This document shows, one piece after another, positions 39,880-53,000 of a DNA stretch of 64,000 nt. The stretch spans positions 186,001 to 250,000 of the forward strand of contig JALMLS010000361.1 in NCBI GenBank assembly GCA_038496445.1. Reading direction: 5' to 3'. Every line of letters begins with the position of its first letter. The first letter of the stretch is position 1. The notes beneath the pieces are model-generated. The model worked only from the letters and a program-made list of their open reading frames with translations, did no database searches and was not told where the DNA came from. The DNA comes from Trichosphaerium sp. ATCC 40318 (taxonomy: Eukaryota > Protista > Tubulinea). The position numbers and the translations under genes were made by a program.

Positions 39880-40250
39880 CGGAATTAAGTGACACTGTCC
39901 CATAGTTGGGTCCGTTCATTGGTGCCATTCTTCATTGTAACTTACCTCTGATATGACCATTTTCATACTACATCATATGCTCTGCAAGTTGAATGCCTTC
40001 AAGATAACTACACTGTACTTGTAGTTGGCCATTTCTGTACTAAACTTTACTATCATTTCTTAAAACCGTCAACAGCATGACTTGAGCTCGCCTTCTTTTT
40101 TACCTTTTAATACCATGCTCCATTAATTTGCCATTGGCATGAAATGTCTTGTACTCACCTGCAAGAATACCTTCGATATTGTAGCATTGTTGTAGTCGAT
40201 TAGGTTAATCCCACTCTTTGTACGTTCCATGATATAAATCGTGTTTGAAA
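39880..40250 (-). pseudogene. Decayed MORN-repeat paralog
   Basis: Minus-strand reading YHGTYKEWD*..., GEYKTFHANGKLMEHG, KV*YRNGQL, MM*YENGHI with stops and frameshifts. Confidence 0.75.
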
Positions 40251-40809
40251 GTAATCTAACAAGCAATGTACTCAACCTTTTACAACAAAATGTTCTTTTT
40301 TTTGTTTTTTACATGATGATAGTGGAACCCCACTCTGGCTGTGGGGTAATAGTAGTTTCTTTTAAAGCGCTTGTAATGTATTTTCTCTGGTATCACCAAA
40401 GAGGCGTTTCGATACTTAACAGGTGCAGAACAACTAAGTAGGCACTCACCAGCTTACCCTCCTACGCTTGATCCATGGGCATATGAGGATCCTCAATGCG
40501 TAACTCGCGCCATTTGTTTGGAAAATAGACTATGTTGTAAGATCCCCACTGAAAATAGTAATAAATATGAGATTGAGTGTTTTTGCGATTCCTGTAGTTA
40601 CTGTCCTATCGCCGAAAACAGTTGAGCATAAGAGATTCCCAACAAGTTGCTTTAACCGATACCACTCAATATAAAATTACAAGTATGTTTATTTCTGTAA
40701 CAGTGAAGTTTTCAATACAACACAAAGAAAAGCTGTACAATCACTACAAATAAAAGAGGTAGTAGATAAAGATCTCACCCAAAAAAATATAGGGAGAAAT
40801 TGAGTTTAT

Positions 40810-43800
40810 CTAATTACGTGATCTTAAACGTCGAGCAACAGGTTCATTAGACTTTGAAGCTTTAGATGCCTTTGAAGCAGTACCACGAGTACGTCTTGTA
40901 CGCTTCTGCTTGTTAGGAGAGTTTTCACTGTCATATGTAGCTAAAGAACAAAAAAATGTCAACAAGTGTGTACACAAGGTTTTGTAAGAAAAAAACAAGA
41001 AAAGAAAGAACATACCTTCGACAACTGGCTTTTTCTTCTTAATAACAACCTTCTTTTTGACACGAATAGTACGCTTTGTAGGTGGTTTTACTTGTTTAGG
41101 AGCTTCTTTTTTTGTTTCTTCCTCTTGAGGCTCAGCAACAGGTTTTTTCTGCAAATAAAGGTTAGTTTAAGGTATGGTAAAAAGCTGGTTAAGTTCGTTG
41201 TACATACCATTCGTCTCCTGATACGAATAATACGTCTTGGGCGTCTGGTTTCTTTTTTAGGCTCTGGTGATGCCTCTCTTTCCTCGGATTCTTCTTCGGA
41301 AGCTTCAATAGGTTCAGGAGTTGGCGTTTCTTCAACGACCTCCGTTTCTGTTGTTTCTGTTGGAGTAGCTTCTTTCGCAACTTCCTCATCTTCTTCGATT
41401 TCTGCTTTAGAAGATTCCTCAACAACAGAAGCTTCTTCGCTAGCATCATTGGCATCAATCACATCAGTTTCTTGTTCGGTTTGTTCAACTTTTTCTACTT
41501 CGGTTTCCTCAATTTCTTCAGCAGGTTCGGCATCTTCAGCACATTCAGCTTCAGCATCTTGCTCTTCAACGGCATCAGTTTCCTCAAGCTGTTCGACTTG
41601 CGATTCATTTGCGTTATCGTCATTTACAACGGCTTCTTCCATAGAAACATCAGCAACATCAGCTGCATCAAGCTGTGATTTAACAACCTCGCTAGGAAGA
41701 TAGTTAGAAACAAAACCGGTCACGTGAAATAAAAATAGTTACCCTTGTTCTTGTTCAATAGCATCAAACAAAGATGGTTCTTCAATGGCATCTACGAACT
41801 CTTCAGCTTCTTCTTGTGGTTCTTCTTGGGAATCATTAGAAACTATAACCTCAGCATCAGAGAAGCTAGAATCAACCATCTCATCAGCAGAAAAATAACA
41901 AGATTCGTCATTAACATCAGCTTCCAATTTAGCGTTTTCGTCAACATTGCTGCTTTCGATGACTTCGTCACCCATTTCAGATTCCATAGGTGTTTCGTCA
42001 ACAACATCCTCAGCACATTCTACAGGCTCGGCGATTTCTGTTTCGGTTTCGACGGTTTCGACAGGTTCGGTAGCCTCAATAGCTTCTACAACTTCAGCTG
42101 CTTCTTCTGCTTCTTCTGGAATGTCGTCAGCAATTTCTTTGGCAGGTTCTTCTACTGGGGCTTCTTTAGGTGTTTCCTGGATCCAAATTATTAATTTGCA
42201 AAGCGACTAAGCAAACAGCAGAACAACGTACATCAACATTGGCAGTAACTATCTCAATAATTTCGGATTCAGGTGCGACAGCAGTAGACTCATCAACTTT
42301 CTTAATCTCTTCAATAGGTTGCTCTGGAGAAGCGTCAGTGGTTTCTTCAGGTTGAGCCTCGGCAATCTCGACATTGTTGACAGGTTCAGATGTGGCAGTT
42401 TGTTCATTTTCTGGCTCTTGCATAGGCTTGGCTTCAAAGCGGATCTCCTTATCAGGAGAGCGGTGTAAGGCAGTTGGTGGTCTGATGGTTTTTTCAGGAG
42501 TAGAGTGAGAAACTGGTGCGCTTGGTTGCGAAACAACTAGGGTAAAAGAATAAGAATAAAGAAAAGAAAAAACACTTGACTAGCTTTGCAAGTCTAACTG
42601 ACAATCACATACCTCTAAAAGGAGATGGCTCACTATCTTTGAAAGCAGTAGATATATGTGGAGGACGAACCTAGTTATTAAAAGTAAGTAAAAATAGAAT
42701 GTGAAGCGCTTACTTGTCTTGGTTGTGTTGGTTGTGTTGGGAATACAGCGGTAGCTGGTTTTGGAGCTTGCATTACTACAGGATCTTGATTTTCGTCATT
42801 AGCTTTTGCGGCTCTGGCGGCTTTAGCAGCAGCCATGAGCTTACGCTTACGTGCGCGTATGGCCAATTGTGTGGCAGAGAGACCAGTTTTCTTTGGCTTG
42901 TTTCTGGCATCCAACTAGAAATTAAAAGAATAAGATCACGATTGTCAGTTCCGCGAAAGTACGCACACGTGATTTTACGGAAGGATCCAGCTTCTGGTTG
43001 ATAGATTCTTTGAAGGCAGGGAAGGTACTTTGGTAGTAAGTATAAAAGAGTAAAGCCTCACGTCGGACTGGGGCCTGGTGCAAAATGTAAGTCGAAACTA
43101 CTTTTTAAAGTATTCGTACGATCTTGTCAGCAAGACCTGCGGCAATACTCTGCTCCAAAATATTCTTATCAATAGATCGCAATAAGCGTTCTTGCATTGT
43201 AGCTTTTTCACCTGCGAAGCTCTGGTGTAGGTAGTGCAAGCATCTATTGAAAGTTATTAGTACAAATATAAAAAAAAAAAACTAAGTTCGTTTTTATTTT
43301 GGCGGGATTTATCACGTGCGCAGGTATTAAAAAAACGGTTTGAATATTTGAAAACTTTTCAGAGTATCAACGCTTACCTTGCTCTTACACGACCGTGTTT
43401 GAAAGCACAACCCATTGTGAGTTCTTCAAAGTAAGTACCAAGGCGAAGTGCTTTTACAATGCGTGCAAGACAGTTATCAGCTGCCTTCCAGAAGACTTCC
43501 TTTGTCTTGGCTAGTACACTGAATATGTGTGGTGCAATATCTAAAGAATAAACGCATAAGCACATGAACAGTGTAAACGAAACTACAAAGACACAGAAAG
43601 TTGAAAAAAAAAGAAAGCACGCAATTACCTTCTAGGATATCTGTGGCCTTATCTTTCATCTTTTCAAATACGAAGGCAACGGTATCCAGAGCCTTTTTAG
43701 CAACAACAGAACGTAAACTTGTCACCTGATAATAATCAGTGAGTCTCTAAAAGAGAAATGTTTCAAAAAAAAAACTAACCGCTTGGTTAAGGTGCTTCTG

Positions 43801-44299
43801 AAGTGTCTCGTGAATGGCCAAAGCGCATCTCGCAGAGTTTGTAAGAGCGAATTTTGCAAACATTGCGCGAAGGTCATCTAGAGCTTCAACTTGTTTTGTC
43901 CATGGTTCTGTCTCAGCAAACACTGTACCAATACGTACAACCTCGCGTTCTAGGTGTACCTACAACAAAAAAAAGTTAAATTATTTGATTTCCCTCCAAA
44001 AAGGTTAACGGTCGTTTACGTACTTGCTTTGGATTTATAGCTAGACTGTTAGTTCGTCGGCGATCCCAACTACCGCCAAGATCGAGTTGAGTTGTCATCC
44101 TGCGTGATGTAGGTCCAGGAATACGTGATACGCGTCTGTTACGCTGTAATGGGCCAGGAGTACGAGCTACTTGAGGAGTTCTTTGTTTAAACGTTCGAAC
44201 TCTGTTAGATTGGTTTGTTGGGCTTAGTATTCTACTCTTGAACTTGTTTGTAGATTTAGGGGTTAGAAAAGGCGTCTGTAGGCCGGAAGAGGCGTCCAT
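40810..44299 (-). CDS. Single TOG/CLASP-N domain protein with long acidic low-complexity tail
   Basis: WTKQVEALDDLR, SLRSVVAKKALD, KEVFWKAADNCL, HGRVRAR; S/TP-rich basic N-terminus; E-rich region; basic C-terminus. Confidence 0.75.
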
Positions 44300-44602
44300 G
44301 TTGTAAAGTGTTTGTATTTTGTAACGGCTACAAAAAAATCAACGAAATTCTAGCGGTAATTTGGCTTAAATTCGTGGGCAGTGTAACACAGCTTAGTTTT
44401 GTACGTAGTGCAACCAATTTTGGTACAACGTTTGTTGTATTACTCACGTTAAAACTTGTAATTTATCCAATTGTTTTAAAGTGACCTGTTTGCTAATGGT
44501 ACGCGTAGGGGGTGCAAAATAATGACAAATTGTACTTTTGTGACATTTCGTTTGAATACACAGCCAAACATACAACACTTACACTAAAACCCTGACGCCT
44601 CG

Positions 44603-47072
44603 ATGATTTTGAGGACATGTAAACTTAAACAAAAGCAAAATGTAGCTGGATTACCACAACAACGTACAGTAAACGCTAAAGCGTGTAATAATGCGTCAGT
44701 AGAAGTATCCATCAGAACACGTCTTTTTTCTGCCAAACATGGGCATATTTATACACCGTACGAACTTGCCGCAATGCTTTACGCTACCAGTTTGTCTTGA
44801 AAATACAGTTTTGGTGTCATGTCATTCCAAAGTATTAATCAATTCCTAGGCAAGGACCAGCCTCTCAGAGCTCCTCAACGTTAACAACAGATGCCAACAC
44901 GCCTTCTTTAGCTACCCATAAAGCCGTAGGTAGTGTTCCTGAACGCCCTTTCAAGCGTGTTCCAATGGGATTCTGGAATGATAGTGCTAATCAACGTAAA
45001 CGTTTTGATGAGTTTGGCGTCATACTTAATGTAAAGACATTGGATGCTTGGTACCACGTGCTAGCAGACGACATATTAAAATTAGGAGGTAGAGGTATAC
45101 TGGCAAAGTAAGGAAAATACGCCAAGCTAGAGATGCGTTAACTGATAGAACTTTAGGTACGATGGATCACTTGTGAAGACTTTAGCAGTGATTTATGATT
45201 GTTTCGAATGGGTTCAATGGAAGTTTGAGTGAGTATTCTTCAAGGTTTGTATGAACTAATAGGGATATAGTTTGACGTCTCCATTGTTCTGGGAGTCCGA
45301 AGAGAATCATAGGTTATGGATGGATGATGCTGGTAATATGTTAGGCGTGATGACTTTGGATGATTGGAAAAATATATCAGAGCTTCATTTGCGCATTTTC
45401 TATGGCTGGCAGATAATAATGAGCAAGTACGGTGCTCGAAGTGGACATGTTTTTAAGTGATTTTAACAAGTTTACACAGGTATAATAACGACCTTATAAC
45501 TGCTCTTAAGTCTATTTTCCATTGGGACAAGTGGTACTCTGTGAAATTCAGGTACATTTTTTTGAATGTTTTTTTTTTACCGTTTTGGATTCTGTTAATG
45601 TTGTGTGTTAGGTACATGTTCTTTGATAGGAAGTCTGAAGTTCCGGCAAAATTCAAGTACGATTGATTAGTGACCGTAAAGGATGTAAATTGGTAATTGA
45701 TTATAAAGGAAGCATGCCAAGGGTTTACGAGTAAAACGGAAATTAAGGGCTAAACAAAACTTGGGTTTACAAAATGATACTGTGCAACCAAATGCTTCTG
45801 ACTTGGTTCTTTTTAATCAAAGAGAGACGTTCAACGATATTGCACGTGCTTTGGATGTGAAGATATTAGATGGATGGTACAATGTAACAAGACGGAGTAT
45901 AGAAAACAAGGGAGGAGGTCATATAATCATGAAGTAATCCTTTTTGTTTTTCGTAGTTTTGTGAGTACTCAAGTTGATTTAGACATGGCGGATCAATTGC
46001 TGTTACTTTAGAGAATCTTTATCCATCACATAAATGGGTAAAGGATAAGTTCAGGTAAAGAAAAAACAGCATTTAAGTTTAGAAGCCCAAAAGTTGATTC
46101 CACTTTCAGAGAGGCTTTGAAGCAGCGTACATCAGGGCATAGGCAACGATGGAAAAAGATTGATGATGTTGTTATTTTCTTCAAATCAGTTGCTGAAAAG
46201 TTTGGCATAACAGAACCTGACATGTGGTAAGTTGGGTCAAATACAAGAAGCATGTAGTAAAATTTTATTGTTTTTTAGGTACCGTGTTTCAAGAGCACAA
46301 CTTATAACACTTGGAGGAATAGGTATTCTTAATTTTTGGCCAAGAATCCTTGAAGTACTTTATCCAGAACATAAATGGAAATCAAAGAATTTTGAAGAAC
46401 GTGATAAACGTTCAATGCAAAGGTAATTTTATTGAACTGGCTGTTTAGTTTTCTGAGTTTTTTCTTCTTTGTGTTCTGTTTAAGTTTAATTGCGTTTTAG
46501 ATGGCTTGGTCAATGTACACGGGAAGTATTTCCACAACGTGATATTATTGAGGAATACTACCTATGCTCTAGACAACACTTACACCGAAAATCTCAAGTT
46601 TCTTTGGATATTTTCATTCCCAGTATCAACCTTGGTTTGGAGTATCATGGTCAACAGCATTACTATGATATTATGGGTAGGTTCGGTCCTGCATCAGTTC
46701 AAGAGAATAGAGACTTGGATAAATGGCAAAAATGTAGAGAATTCGGTAAGAGACTGTTTTATGTTCGTTTAAAAAAACGTCTAGTTTTGTACATCCTTTT
46801 CTTTCTAACCAAGTTACATTTCAGGTATTACACTTGTAACAATTCCTTATTGGTGGCAAGGAGATACAGAAAGTGTAGCAGCTACAATAAATTTCTACAG
46901 GTTAGCGCAAGCTTATCAATAAAAAAATAATCAGTCAACCTTATTATTCCATAGGCCGGATTTGGGATTATCCTTTCCCAAAGATGTTGAACCTCTACAT
47001 CAAGATCATATAAAGAAATCTAGTGCTATATCACTTATGCTTCCTAAGCTAGAACAAGGATATGTCTTGTAA
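44603..47072 (+). CDS. Tandem ~70-aa repeat protein (4 repeats) with C-terminal PD-(D/E)XK/RAP-like nuclease domain; possible mitochondrial presequence
   Basis: Repeat VPMGFWNDSANQRKRFD...DAWYHV...KYDGSL...WVQWKF; C-terminus SLDIFIPSINLGLEYHGQQHY...RDLDK...GITLVTIPYWW; basic N-terminus containing RTRLFS. Confidence 0.8.
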
Positions 47073-47314
47073 TGACACTATGACATATTTGAAAAAAAAA
47101 AATGTGCTGAGTTGATCTCTTATGTATCTGCACACTGTAAATTACCATGATAAAAGCGTAGCGCTTCGCTTTGTCAGTTTTGTAAGTTGTTTTGAAAAGT
47201 TTTTCTCGGAGAGAAAGGTGGTACTCACTTCGCTTGTTTACGTACTAATTAACAGTATTTGAGTTGATTCTGACTTAATATCCTATTAGCTCCTCTTTTT
47301 TATTGTCTTTTGCG

Positions 47315-49760
47315 ATGCAAGTCACACGAGAAACATTTGCGCGTGTCCTACCTGACATTAAAAGGGCTATAAAAAGATGTGACTTTGTAGCAGTTGATCT
47401 TGAAATGACAGGCCTATCGAACACTCACGAGCGGCCGAGCACATTCGAAACGCTAGACGAGCGCTTCTCGCGTGTTCGTACCTCTGTTTCGCAATTTGTA
47501 CGTGTAACCGCTAGACGTTTGTTTAATTTTGCTAGTTTCCTTGCCAACTGGGTGTATGCACCTTCACATGGGACAAACGCAAAAAAAAGTACGTTTCCAA
47601 GCCTGTTTTTGAAGAAATTGCTTTGAAAAACGTCCTGCGGTGACGCGTACTTCTTTTTTACTCAGTCCTACACTTATTGACCCTATTTAGATTCGTTAGT
47701 AGACCATTCAATTGCTATGTATTTCCAAGGAGTTACAAAGGCATAGAGCGTTGTTACATGAGCGCGGCAAGCTCTATCGAGTTTTTAGCAAGCCACAAGT
47801 TTGATTTTAACAAGTGTATGTATGAAGGTACAGAAACGGGTTCTATACACGAAAAACGTATTGTACAATGGTTTTGAACGTCTTTTTAAGGAGTGTCATT
47901 CTTGAATGAGGCAGAAGCAAAACACTTGAAGAGAGCTCACGAAAACCGTCTTAGCAAGGTGCCTGATGTATCATATGGCGGAGCAGACAAGGAATATGTC
48001 GATGAAGTCATGTACGAAAGTTTTTCATTCTCCCAATTTGGATGACTTACTTATTCTTTTCAAAAAGGGATAAAATACAGACCTTCTTGGACACCACTGA
48101 TGAACCTCATCTCGATCTTGAGCATGCTAATGGATGGAAGAGAAAGTTGATACACCAAGAAACAGCAAATAGGTACTTCACGTGGTATATCACGTGATTT
48201 TTTGATGAAAGAAAGTCACGTGAAAACGCGTTTTTCTAACTTGTTTATGTCGTATTTGAAGATTTAAAAATGCTGTTACTGAGACGATTAAAGTCGAGAA
48301 CTCTTTCAAACAATACATCCGTGTTGTACGCTGTGACGGTAAAGAAAAAGAAAGAAAACATAGAGAAAAAGTTAAAGGACTTGAGGACGAGTTCAATGAA
48401 GCTTATGGTGTTTCAGCTGTACGTAATTAGTATCAGTATTACTGTTTGTGTCGCGTAATTTATCTACTGCATATTTAGCCTATTCAGTGTATTAACAGTT
48501 GTGTGTAGATTATGGATTGCATAAAAGAAAATAAAAAACCTTTATTGGGACATAATATGTTGTTCGATCTATGTCATATTCATCATCACTTTTGTAAGTC
48601 TCTTCCACTTACAATGGATGACTTTAGAAAATCAATTCATGAAATGTTTCCAGTGTACGCGTTTTCTCCAAATAAAAAGAAACAAGCAAGCAAAGGTACT
48701 CCAACTAACAGCTTGAAGCATTTTCGATACAAAACACTTGGCATCAACCCATCCTGCTCTTACAGTACGTCTTAATCTATTAAGCTATTTTTAATGTAAA
48801 AAAAGAGTTTGGAATCTACAGCACTTGGACCATTAAGCGAGCTACTAGCGGAAAGTTTGGAAGATGGTGAAAAGTTTTCTGGTACCCGTCTCCTAATTAC
48901 AACGCGTTAACTCATATTTCTTTGCACTTTAGTACTTGCAAAGGATTTTACAGCCTATGGCGATAAAGAAGAAGGAGATGATACACCAGCAGCTTACCAT
49001 GAAGCTGGATATGATGCATTGGTAACAGGAAACGCATATATTGGAATGATTCAGCGTATAACGAGTATGTTAAGAAACCAAAAACCAAAAAAAAATTCTA
49101 TCTCTTTTTTAGAAGCAACAAAAGTACCTATTGTGCCGACTGATAAGTTGTTGTCATCATATGTGAATACATTACATCTTATGTTCTATGACTCCCCATT
49201 ATACCTTGTAGGCGAACAGCGTAAGTAGTGAAGCCCGAATTCTTCTCAAAACCAAGAACATTTTTTTGTTCGTTTCCATTATGTTTATTCAAGTTTTTTA
49301 GGCGATGTTGACAGATCAGGCACTTTTTATGTTACTGGTTTGACGACAAATGATTCTACAAGAGATATTATGAGCCACTACCAGAAATATGGTAAAGTCT
49401 ACGTAAGATGGATAGACGATGTGTCATGTTTTATCAAATTTCTTGAGTACGTTTCTTTTTGAAAAACTAAGAAAAAATGCTGTTTCTAATGACTTTACAC
49501 TCAGTGACTCGTTTACTGATGAAAACAAACAAAAAATGTTCGACAACAATGACAAGTCTGCTTATAATGTAGCAGACTATGAAAAATACGTTGCAAAGCA
49601 ACTAGGTACGAACTCAGCATTAGTAATTAACTAAACGTGACGAACTGATTTTTTTCAATAAAAAGACAAGAAACGCAAACCAGAAACTGACCTTGACAGA
49701 GAAGAATCGAAGCGTCAAAAACAAAGACAAAGAGAGTTTCCTGAGTGTATTATATTATAA
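47315..49760 (+). CDS. PARN: Poly(A)-specific ribonuclease (CAF1 family) with C-terminal CaaX box
   Basis: MQVTRETF...VAVDLEMTGL; RPFNCYVFP; SSIEFLASHKFDFNK; GHNMLFDL; HEAGYDA; RRM VRWIDD; final exon ends ECIIL*. Confidence 0.9.
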
Positions 49761-50004
49761 AGGAAGAACATATAAGGGCTACATAAGACTACGATAATAA
49801 AATAAAGCAAACACAAAAAAGGTCTTTTAAATGGACTTCAATCAAAAAACTCGTTTAAAGTTACCCGAGACTAGACCACCTTCTACTGAACCACATGGCA
49901 CTTGAAGACTGGTTCAAAAAACGCAAACAAGTATTTGTCTTGCCTTAATACCTCCACGCGGAAATCTTGGCGTGCAGGTCTTTGTTTATTCTTTTTTTTT
50001 TGTT

Positions 50005-53000
50005 TTATGTAAAACTTCGTACAGAAAATACAAATGTTCTTAGTCTGTTTAAAAAGACGCCTTGTTCAGCACCAGCTGCCATAAAAAGCTCTTGAAATGA
50101 GTGTTTAAGTTTATCTGATATTTGTGGAGGATATTTTGATACTACAGCAACAGCCACTCGTTCAAAAGAAACCTATTAACATACTTAGTACTTAAATGGA
50201 AATTAATCAGAATAAAATGAGATTTTGGTGCGGCAAATGTTTTTTGAAGTAGTGTTCAATGATTGGTTTTTTTAACAAGTTTGTTTATTGCTTGTTATAA
50301 AAGAACCTCGTTATACAAACGAAAAAGATTTGAAAAAAATCGTAAAAGTTACCTTATCAAAGTGAAGCAGATTAAATATTGCCTTGCCAACTGACTCAAG
50401 TACACCAAGATCTATCTTTGTTTTTGAAAGTAATAATTTAATGATTTCTCCAGATAATGCATTCAATCCAGGTTGTTTATCTTGTGGTAGAACTAACAAT
50501 AAACGATTAGGAAAAAACCTCAAAAAACTAGAGCGTATACCATTTTTAGTCAGCTTCAGCGCATTTGCTGTCAAAACGTTTAGAGCGTCTGCACCTTTAA
50601 ATGCAATAGCAGAAGACGAAGTAGATACACAATAATTTAAATCAGATAGTATACGATCAAATATGTGAGTTGGAAGCCTCCAAATTGTCATATTGTAATT
50701 ACTAACACTTGTGACAAGTAATGTAAAATACTGGCTGCTGATATCAGGATAATTAAGTATGTGAGGTTGTAAACACTGCATAACAACATGCATTCCAAGG
50801 AAAAGTACTTCTCCTCCTTTAGCATGACGTTGATCGCCAATATGGTCCAGGATTTGTATGAGCCGCTTAAGGTCCTTACAATTTTCATTTTTTCTGTCAA
50901 ACTCTGCTTTTGTTGTTTTGTATTTAGCACCTAGGACTATTAGCACGTGCTACTGTAATTTGTTTTTTACTGCGTACCTAATCCTAGCGAATTGTATAAC
51001 TCAAATAATTTTGCTATTGAGCCGTAGAAAGAGGTAGCACCGACTTCATCAAGGAAATCAAGCTTAAGAATAAAGTAAGAAAATACAAGCGAAGCAGTTT
51101 GTCTTACCATGTACTTTGAGGCGTCTTTGAATAGAGATATGATCAGTTTAACTACAAAATTTGATCCTTTGAATACATGGAATAGTGAAATGAGTGTATC
51201 AAAGTGTTGTCTCATGAAGTTATCAATTATTTTTACATTGCGAGGTTGTGTTGCTGTTACAATGCCACGACACCACTTGTGAAGAAAAAGTTAGTAAGTC
51301 TCCAATGCTATACAGTTGTAGTTACCTCTAATACTGCTTCCACGTGATTCAGGACAGCTTGAGAGCTACATTGTTTTGTTACATGTTGCTTATTAGCAAG
51401 CAACATCTTACATCCCGCCTGTTGCGATAGGTGAGCTTACTGCATTTCTTAACGAAAAGGCAATAAAAAGTACATCAATAGGTGTTATTATCTGGTTATA
51501 AAACATAGGTCTATCGGCATCAGATACACCAAGGGCTAATTGCATAACACCTGATACAAATCTCCTATGTGCATTTGTTAGTACGTCTTGGTTTCTATAG
51601 AAACATGTGCCTTTGTAATCTACCAGGTAGTTTAATAAATTTTTCTGTTTTTTCTGTATAAATAGATATCAATCCTTTCCACGCATCTGCGTTAAATTAT
51701 CAGTAGGTAAACGTGTAAAACTACACATTGTATTCCTACCTGTGCTTGAAATAAGGACACCATTCAAGTCTTTCTTTGCCACTTGTGTTAATAAATTGCA
51801 AACCTAGTTTAAGAATAAGTTAACCGAACGACACACAAGAAAATTGAAGTAATACCTGATCAACAACATCTTCTTCAAAGTGGTAGTGTACAATGTTAAT
51901 CACCACTTTTTGTAATATGAATTCTAACAGTTGGTATGCACTTTCACTACGTCTACCATACGCTCTTTGAAGACCAGCACTAAAATAAATTAGCAGTCAA
52001 AAGCAGAAAACTATCACGAAGGATAATGTTACCTTATCGAGTTGTTGCCGGCAGGAAATAATAAATATACTGGCACCCATCTCTCTAATAACATGCATGT
52101 GCGCTCACAAATAAGTGGGCTCCACATTTCAAGTTTGTTCTCTGTCAAACACTTGTTTTCGAACTTGATTATATTAAATACAACGTTCATCAATTGAACT
52201 ACCAAGTCTGGTTGCTAAGACATTTGTCAGCATTAAAAACAACTGTCAAGTCACTAGTATAAAATAAAAATTGTACGTTTGCTTGGGCACATTGAGAGCA
52301 AGCCGATTTTATCCTAGGAGGAATACAAGGTGTCTCTGAACTGAATTTATCAGCAAGAACATATCCAGATATTAGAAGCAACCAATTTAATTCCTCCAGA
52401 GTATGTACAAGCAAGACACCTTTAAAAGCGCAATGTTAATGGATTGTCATAGTGGGGAATGGTTTGTAGTATACTAACCAGAACGAGGACCATCTTTTGC
52501 GAATGCAACGAGTTTATCAAAGACAACTTGAAGACGACTTGTCAAAAGTCTTAGACTTGTCACAACATCGTTTCGTGCGAGCGTAGCAACAGCATCTAGT
52601 TCATCATCATATTTTAACTAAACAACATTACTACTACTCTAAGCATACGCATTCACAATAACTTACGTCATCCTTAAGGGAAGCCAAGTCGATATATTCA
52701 TCTCCTTCTTCTGATAGCTCCTGTTGCGCAACAGAAATTCGTGCATCAACATAAGACATGAAGATCTTATTTGTGTACTCTGGTGGAAACGTGCCACTAG
52801 GTCCCTTTGCTAGAACTTTAAAAACAGTATGGTTAGTCCATCGGCTAGAAGTAGGTCAAGTTGGAGGTACCTAAAGCGAGCCAAACGAAAATCATACTTT
52901 TGAAAGGACGTTCGACAAGTATTCTGTCTTCCTCATCTTGTGCACTCTTAAACTTTCCCAGGCAAAAATTATACCACTCCAATAATGTATTGATAAATTT

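Noticed and set aside
40966-42355. Long + strand ORFs (245, 149, 87 aa)
   Set aside because: They are antisense shadows of the Glu-rich low-complexity exons of the minus-strand TOG gene
18595-44545. GTRACA as a recurrent promoter motif
   Set aside because: The number of intergenic copies is about what is expected by chance for a degenerate 6-mer
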